A stretch of DNA of 64,000 nucleotides from Trichoplax adhaerens (Eukaryota; Animalia; Placozoa), in assembly GCF_000150275.1 (NCBI RefSeq), contig NW_002060956.1:711379-775378 (forward strand), read 5' to 3'. The notes beneath the pieces are model-generated. The model was not told the DNA's origin, searched no databases, and was given only the letters and a program-made list of their open reading frames with translations. Both the position numbers and the translations under genes were made by a program. This document shows positions 55,957 to 64,000 of the stretch, piece by piece; within the stretch, counting starts at the first letter, position 1, and every line of letters starts with the position of its first letter.

Positions 55957-57830
55957 ATGAATGAAAAGGTAAAATTGAAATCATGCGATTATGACTATGA
56001 AGCTAATGGCTCACCCAAGAAGAAAAGTAATTTTGAAATCATTAGCATAACAAATAATTACTGCCAGAGCCGGCGACAAAGTTTACTCGATGATGACACT
56101 GATGAGATAGATGGTGGATTTCGAGGGAAAGGAAACATTCAATTCTCAAAGTCATTGATCAAGCGTCAATCAGTTAACAACTGTAATAACATTCAAGAAG
56201 AGGCAAGTAATGACAAAGTAAGCAATCACAGGACAGAAAGTACTTGTAGCCTGGCCGTTTCCAAAAATACTCATAATAGTGCAGTAATCTCAGATGTGGC
56301 AGACAGTGCCACTTCTACATCTCGCTTCAGGATAGCTAGACAGTATAATCTATCTGAAAGGGGACGATGGACTTGTCGAGATTATATTTCAAACGAGATC
56401 AAGACGGGTAAAAAATTACATAATGATCGGTTAATGAATGCTAAAGAGGAATGTAATTATAAAACAATTCAAAACACTAACAATGGCAATTCTAGTCTGT
56501 ATCATTCAGATGATCTATCACTAGAATCGAGACGTACACTACCTGAAAATACAACAGTAAATCTATCTAAGAACGTGCCATCATTAGTCCCCAAAACTAA
56601 TAGCACATTAGATCGAGCATTAACAACTACTGCCAGTACAAATATTGCCAATGCATCTATAAATAATAATGATCCACTTGCCAACCAGTCTAGCCCTAAG
56701 GAATCCGTTAACTATTTTAAAACAAATATCATCAAACATGGCCAGCTAAATTTAGGAAGAAGAAGTGAACAACCTGGAATGTTTAGACCAATTCAAGACA
56801 AGAATGGGCTATCTCCAACGAATATTGACATTATGCACTATCAACAATATGATCTAGGATCGCCTAATGACTTTCCTAGGACTATAAATTCGCCTCTTGA
56901 AGAAAGCCTAATATTTAGAAACAGGTTTGTTAAGCAATTGTAAAAACACTGACAATGGATATTATTAAAATTAGTTGTAATATCATAAGCACCATGAACA
57001 CGTAGATTGAAGTGGATGTATTATGCTCATTTTGATTTAAAAGATATTTACAGACCTAAATTGTTTTATGCGCGTTTAGTCCACAAACTGTGCATCAAGA
57101 CTGCGTTAGAGAAAGGGCATCTGTAAGTTGCAATGTTATGTTATATTTGCTTATTGTATATATCTCAGATTTTAAAACGTTAGATAAGAATGCGTTTAGC
57201 TCGTATAATTAATATGATACGGTATACTTGTATAGTCACTTCATGAGAAATTTTTAAAAGTAAAGCGAACATAATTCACTGATCTACTCGTACTGTCTTA
57301 ACTAGAATAGAATAATAAATACTATAAAATTTTTATGTTCTATCTACTATCGTCCGCGATATTTTGTTGCAATATAAAAGTTAATAATTTCTTGCCATGT
57401 TAAGAAATGTTAATTCATGTACCGAGCAATCAGTCATTACAGTACGCGTATGTTGTATGAATTAATCATTACTGAAATGGCTAATTACAATATTCCTTCT
57501 TTCTTGCATTTTCTTGTCATTGAAAACGGATAAAAATAGACTAATTATCAATACCGTCAATATCAATATCGCAGTCCTCAGCACTTTTCGCCTCATCATC
57601 ATCATCAATATCAAATAAGTAATCATGACCACTACCATACGATTGCCGGCATTGTTGAGGAACAATTACATCGAGTTATTACGCCACTTTATGAAGCTAT
57701 CGATTACCAAGTTCAGGAAATTATGAAATTAAAGGATGAAGTTAAACTTTCACGTACGGACCACTTGGTGGCTAGTGAGATTGCCTTATTAAGAGCGGAA
57801 ATCGATTCCTTAACGAAAGTGTTACGATGA
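55957..57830 (+). CDS. TSC22D/bunched-like protein (long-isoform type), paralogue 1; exons 55957-56924, 57080-57122, 57540-57830
   Basis: TSC22D motif 1 KKKSNFEIISI and motif 2 SRFRI...ERGRWTCRDY. The phase-2/phase-0 GT-AG splicing gives a C-terminal helical region ...QVQEIMKLKDEV...EIALLRAEIDSLTKVLR*. Confidence 0.75.
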
Positions 57831-59125
57831 TTAATCGTACTTACAGTGCTTTTTGGAAGGAATTATGTATGCTAATCAGTGGTTGCTATAGCTGCAATTA
57901 TATACCTGCGTAAGTATTTACAGTATATTTAATACGCGCATATGGTAGTATATACGCTTGGTTCAAGCTTTCATCTATGTACAGTATAAGCGATACGTTT
58001 TACTTACACACTCAATTGTACAGAAGGAAAGCAATCAAAAATTATTGCTTCTCTAAACTCCAATCTAAATCATATGATAGATAATAAAGAATTCGTGTAT
58101 AGTCGTGTCTTGCTAAAGTACAGCGCTACTAAAAATTATTTAGTAACGCGTTATGTTAGTTAACCTATCGGTATAATATTCTACAATTTAGGTAACTTTA
58201 TAACTGTAATAACCTCTAATATCGCAATATATAATTATTCCAAAGTATATACTATCATATCTAAGATTTAGGTAACTTTTATAAAACAGGCAAAAGCTTA
58301 AATTTTGATGAATACAGGATGCAGTACTATAACATCGTTGCTAAATAAATTGCTCGGTATGACTGTTAGCTTGTAAAGATGCTATCATTAAATAATTTAA
58401 ATTATTGCAAAGACTATCTTGAATAAAATACCGAATACCTATCATATCTACTTAGGCTCTTAAAAAATTCAGACTAATATAGTTGAGGGCATAGATTACT
58501 AACACTTCGGTATTATACAATCGGCAATTACTTTTATTATCCGGTATCATTTCCTCATAACATTATTACTAAAATGTACAAGACCATCTCTTATATATTG
58601 CATATATTTATAATATGAAAAAAAATATAATTTTTGATAGCGTAAGAGTGCGATCGTTATGAAAGTATCCTATATTATTCAGCATGTTTCGATTAATATG
58701 TGTATATCGTGATTCGGACCGGAATTATGCAATTACTAAAAGTGATTTCATAATATACAGTAACAGTATAAATAACACTTACTTTTACTATGAACATTAG
58801 CTTTATACAGTATCATAATTAAATGGTACGAATAAACGCCCATACAGCCTCTGTCAATTAGCAAATTTGCATCTAATTCCCAGATTAATTGTAATTATTT
58901 GAAATTTAGCCCATAGCTATAGTGCGGTAATATGATGCCAGAAACTTGTAAAGTACATACTCCAATTTATACCATAAAATATAGAGCGCACACATGCAAC
59001 GAGATAATAGAATTTTAAGCGTTGCATTAATTGCTCAGATATTAATTTACACTTGAATCAGCAACTAAAGCAATAAAAACTATGTTAGAGTACATGTGCT
59101 ATTTTGATTTTAATGATGGCTACTT

Positions 59126-61163
59126 CTATTTTGGAACGGATTGTTGAAGGATTGCTTTTAATCGTTCTATTTCTTGCTTTAGATGAGCATTTTCTTCCAT
59201 TAATAGGTGTAATTGAGCATTTTCCTCCTTTAATCGATGTAATTGAGTATTTTCCTCCTTTAATCGATATAATTGAGCATTTTCCTCCTTTAATCCATGT
59301 AATTGAGCATTTTCCTCCTCTAATCGATGTAATTGAGCATTTTCCTCCTCTAATTTAGCGTTTGAATGAATTAAATGGCTACAATGTCGATGCACCTCTC
59401 GCCTTAGCATATCAGTAATGCCATCCTAATATACAATAGATACAAATATGTGAATACTACAAACCAGAGTGATTGCCTTATAAAACAGAGTATAATTTCA
59501 TCGGTACGATAATCGAATATGCATTTACCATGAATCTGTTAGTCATTTCATTGCATTCGTTATGCTGGAAGCTAAATCAAAAATGAAAGGAATACATTAT
59601 TAGCAACGGAGAACTATATCAGCGGGGTTATAAGAAATTCTGTATCACTATAGATGAGTAGTTTACACGATATTTAACGTAATGTTTAATAAGCATATAG
59701 GAAATATCATATGATCAATCCACTGATTTATGGCTGTGTCAGTTTTTAACGGTGTTTTAATATACTAAAATCAGAGATCGATGATAGCGTAATCAGACAA
59801 CCTTACTGATCACTATGAATGCTATCTTCGATGTACTGTACAATAATTTTTAATTAAGCAACCTGTGTTGAGGGCCAAGAATAGCGCTGTTGGCAACACC
59901 AGTTGAAAATTGATTGTCCTGAATAGATTGTGTGGGATTACTCAGATTACCAACGGGAAAATTGTTCTCCTGTAAAGGTGGCGGTAAATAATTTCCTGTA
60001 ATATTACTAGTTGGAGCATTATTAATAGGGGCACCATTCTCGGTTAAAATAGGAGTATAATTGCTGTCAACAGCTTGAGACATGTTTGGGTAGCCAAAGT
60101 TCTCTGTCGAAGTAGTGTTGGTAGTAGCATTACTCTCTGTAGGCGATATCTGATTAAGCACCATATCATTTAATTCTTCTTCTTGAATACCTTCTATTCC
60201 AATATTGGTCATTACATCACTACCGCTGTTAGAAATTCCTGATGCTTGAGAAACGGTATTATTGACATTTGTAACATCGTTATTAACATACACACTGACA
60301 TCTTCATTGCTTTCAACGATATTATTTGTATCGTTAGGTATATTTGCATTCCCAATGACAGTAAGTATTTCATTTTCTTGAACGATAGGCTGTTGTTGAG
60401 ATTCGTTTTGTGGTAATTGATCTAATTGTTGCATTGTTGGTTGTGAATGTTGAGCTTGCACCTGTACTGATGATCCAACCTCATTCAGTTCGCGTAATGT
60501 CTGATCAGTGTACTGAAGCGCATTTTGTTGCATTGTATCGTTAGGTACAATTAAATCAGCATCAGGTATACTAGGATTAACAGGCTGCTGCTGTATATCG
60601 TCAGTATTATTAATGTTTTGTGACGGCTGGGGGACCACAGGAGACGGTAATGTTATTGAAGGTTGTTGTGGCTGCCGCTGTTGAGATGGTTGCTGTTGAT
60701 GCTTATTGTTGCTTTCATCCAAATTATTGATGCCATCATCCACGGTAGTGTCACTGCCAGCATCTGATTTAATAATTTCCTGTCTTCTTTCTAGATAATC
60801 ACGACAATTCCAGCGCCCGCGCTTGAAAGTCTTATTCCTAACATCAATAATTACACGAAAGCGAGAAGTCGGAGGAACATTGTGGCCATTTGTTGTTGCC
60901 TCGACTTTCTCTTGTTGTTCTTCAATAGGCAATAAAGCATTATCGTTTATAGTTAATGTACTATCGTTATTATCGTATACTTCACTATCTTCCAACTCAT
61001 CGTCAACTACACTAATATTGACAATTTCACTTTTGGTAGATCTGATGCTGGTAATTTCAAAATTGCTTTTTTTCTTTTGTAAAATACTTGATTGAAGATT
61101 AATGGGTTTCTGATCAGGAGCGACTACAGCTATGGTAGATTCCTTTAAATCGCCCTCGGCCAT
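59126..61163 (-). CDS. TSC22D/bunched-like protein, paralogue 2; exons 61163-59863, 59571-59529, 59425-59126
   Basis: Motifs KKKSNFEITSI and SRFRVI...FKRGRWNCRDY, then a Q/N/P-rich disordered region. The spliced C-terminus NEMTNRFM|DGITDMLRREV...NAKLEEENAQL resembles a TSC box plus leucine zipper. Confidence 0.85.
59174..59353 (-). repeat. Coding tandem repeat, 6 x 30 bp (LxEENAQLHR) in the TSC22D-like zipper
   Basis: On the + strand, TGTAATTGAGCATTTTCCTCCTTTAATCGA repeats at a 30-bp period. Confidence 0.95.
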
Positions 61164-63525
61164 GATGAAAGATAAACTTTCCACACTACTTGTAAAACAC
61201 TTAACGATCTATCTTTCTTTTAAGAAACAAACGTGTAAATATTAATGGTTCGCTGTCTTATACCAAAGTTTGATTAGTCAAGGCTTGCAAACTTAGCTAT
61301 ATTGTACGTAGGGATTGCTAAGTATACTAAGAAGTACAATCTTGTGGGGGGGGGGATTTCAGTATTTGAACAATATTATCTGATAACGAAGGGTTCTTTT
61401 CTTTTCGATTATGACAATGAATTGTTTTTTAGACTTAATCCGTAAATGTGTTCGTATCTATCCAATTAGGTTTTTAAAATTTCCTGTCTTTTAAAGTTTT
61501 GCAACTTGGATGACGACCAGAAGTTATGAAAAATGACATTAAAAAAATAATCTCCTGTGAAGTACCGTTTTAATTTCTTTTTGATTTGAAATTTTTCTAT
61601 CCCTCCTTCTGGTCAGTGAAGTCGGAGGAAACACGATAGCAGTCTATCGCGTTGATAACAAAGTTGAATTGAATTTGTCTGTAGATACTATGATAAAATG
61701 CAGTCTTGTATGTGCAATCTGCTTTTTCTTGATGCGCACAGTTTGAGACCGCAGAAGATCTTAATAATATTAATTAGCTATCAACCACAAAGTAGGAAAA
61801 TGGTGCTCGATAGCAAAATAAACCTATACTAGGCCTACTGTGATAACAATACTACGTGGTTGAATAGTGAATGAGTAACACCCTGTTTTTAAAATAAAAA
61901 ATAAAAAGCAATGAAACCTTGTACTGAGTATAGTTATGACTGAAGTCGTTTGGATTTCAAGACAACAGTAATCCAAGTTCAAAGCAGAACTTACTATCGC
62001 AGCAGTAAAAATAAGTAAGATTATGACAGTGATAGAGCTTTTCTGCGATACCAAAGAATGATCACCAGTCCAATGTCGGTCTATACTCTCGATACATAAA
62101 GTGCCTTAACATTTCAACATGGCCAATACAAAGTAGTCTAGAGCTATCCACTCCTCACAACTGGGGAGTGCCTTGATGTTGTGGCAGCTTGGTTTTAAGA
62201 CGTTGAATAACCATATCGTCGATTTATTTTTTCGCCTTTCAACAACAGAATTTGGTTTATGAGGCTATATCAAAGTAATTTTCTTAGGATAAGCCAATCT
62301 GTTTAACGTAAATTTGATTTACTTTTACTTTGGTGTCGTGCAGTCAGTCACTGCCTTTCGACACTACTTTCTTCCTATTGACCTGTGTGGAGGCTTCAGT
62401 CTGCTTCACGATACAGTCAGTCACAGTATTGAAGTTTGGTAAAAGCGAACGGTCACACACGGCTGACGGGGGGGGGAACACGATCTGTGCCACTGTGCTA
62501 GTAGAGTACAGTATGAGAAACGAAGTGCTCAGTGCGATACCAGGGAATTCTCTGATCTAGACGCTATATTGTCCATTTGCTTGCATAGCACAGTATACAG
62601 CGGCCACACTGATTACACCTAGCACTTCAAATCCCTAACAATAAGTTTTTACAGTCAGCAACGACAATTTGGTAATGCTATTCTTCTTTCCTTTCCGAGA
62701 GTTGTGTGCGTAATATAGGACTTAGTATTAAAAGCGTTTTTTCCTGCGTTCTTTTGATACGTTGCAGTTCTGTACAGTATACTGTACTGTACTGTGACAA
62801 TGAATTCATGATACAGTACAGTACTGTATATTAAACCCTTACTTTTACTTTGTACTGTAGCCGTTCGACTACTTGAACTAATGATTATGAAGAAATTAGA
62901 CGTCGTACGCCAATTTGAATGACTGAACTATGTTGGTTAACTCTCTACTGATTGATGTATAATTTATCTAGGATAAAAAAATGATTTTTGTTCCAATTTT
63001 TCGGCTCAAAGTTTGGCGGCATACTGTACTGTACACTGTACAGTACAGTATGCTAGAAGCTTTTTTCTACCGTAGTCTGTACAGTACTGTACTATACTGC
63101 ATCGATATAGAAAAGAAAAGAGAAAGAGATTGACTGAAACTCTGAAAGTGAAAAACGACCGTCCAAATGTGCACTACAGTACTGTACGGTAACCCAGAAG
63201 GCTTAGATAATACTGTGTGCCGTACGGTTCCATGTAGTCGGTCAATTTCTACAACAGCGCAAGACCACTTCAAGTCTTTCTCTTTCTACAGTACAAAAAT
63301 CGTTCATCACATACTGTACTGTACTGTAGGTGATGTATCGTAGATATCGCAGCGCGAAACTTTTTGTTTTACAAAACTAAAAATTAACACTACAGTACGG
63401 GGATGCTTGTATCAAATATTGATGTTAACTCATGGATTGGACTTTTAAAAGATCCTTTTCAGGCTGCTTGGTTATAATACGCCACACTATTTGATTAAGA
63501 TGGCACCGCATAGGTGAATAATGAC

Positions 63526-64000
63526 TGGTAGATGTCAGCAGTCTACTAGCGACTACAAGAGAGTCTATTAGGTCTCTAGTGACTACTAAAGGCAGACAAA
63601 GTCCCTGATAGAAATAATTGTTGATATGCATTGCAATTTCTACTTTGGGACAGTAAACTAGTGTCTACGAATAGTCATCTTACTGTAAAAAAAGAATTTG
63701 GAAGATTCCGGTTGATTTGATAGATACTATCTATGTAAAGTTTTTATTTGGTTGGTAGATGTCAGCAGTCAGTACTAGGGACTACAAGAGAGTCTATTAG
63801 GGTCTCTAGTGACTACTAAAGGCAGACAAAGTCCCTGATAGAAATAATTGTTGATATGCATTGCAATTTCTACTTTGGGACAGCAAACTACAGTGTCTAC
63901 CAATAGTCATCTTACTGTAAAAAAAGAATTTGGAAGATTCCGGTTGATTTAATAGGTATTATCTATGTAAAGTTTTTATTTGGTTGGTAGATGTCAGCAG
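63526..64000. repeat. Tandem repeat with a ~230-bp unit, at least 2 copies, continuing past the window end
   Basis: TGGTAGATGTCAGCAG at 63526, 63753 and 63985, with near-identical intervening sequence. Confidence 0.96.

Noticed and set aside
59104-59358. + strand ORF with IEHFPPLIDV repeats
   Set aside because: It is the antisense shadow of the LKEENAQLHR coding repeat.
60823-61095. Antisense ORFs overlapping real exons (also 56502-56684, 33358-33573, 48930-49199, 45023-45250, 43153-43383)
   Set aside because: They are opposite-strand shadows of identified coding exons.

Overview
AT-rich, intron-dense eukaryotic DNA with mostly short GT-AG introns. The gene content is metazoan; the compact architecture suggests an early-branching animal such as a placozoan, but that is inference only. 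Most entries in the ORF track are exon fragments, so I spliced the genes by hand. In order, the window holds: (1) the 3' end of an IQ-motif gene ending in a SCHIP1-like coiled coil (+); (2) MFSD1 (-), head-to-head with an SLC19A thiamine/folate carrier (+), with a CLEAR-like box and a 103-bp minisatellite between them; (3) a ~40-kb tandem array of three SHIP-like genes (SH2 / PH-like / inositol 5-phosphatase / C2) on the - strand, with decayed LRR-like relics in both spacers; (4) a 135-bp minisatellite; (5) two convergent TSC22D/bunched-like paralogues with the same three-exon layout; (6) a ~230-bp tandem repeat running off the window end. The strongest observation is that one SHIP paralogue (11376-20815) keeps an open spliced frame and its SH2 arginine but has lost essentially every 5-phosphatase catalytic motif, making it a candidate SHIP pseudophosphatase next to two catalytically intact siblings. 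Exon boundaries come from manual reading and have no RNA support.
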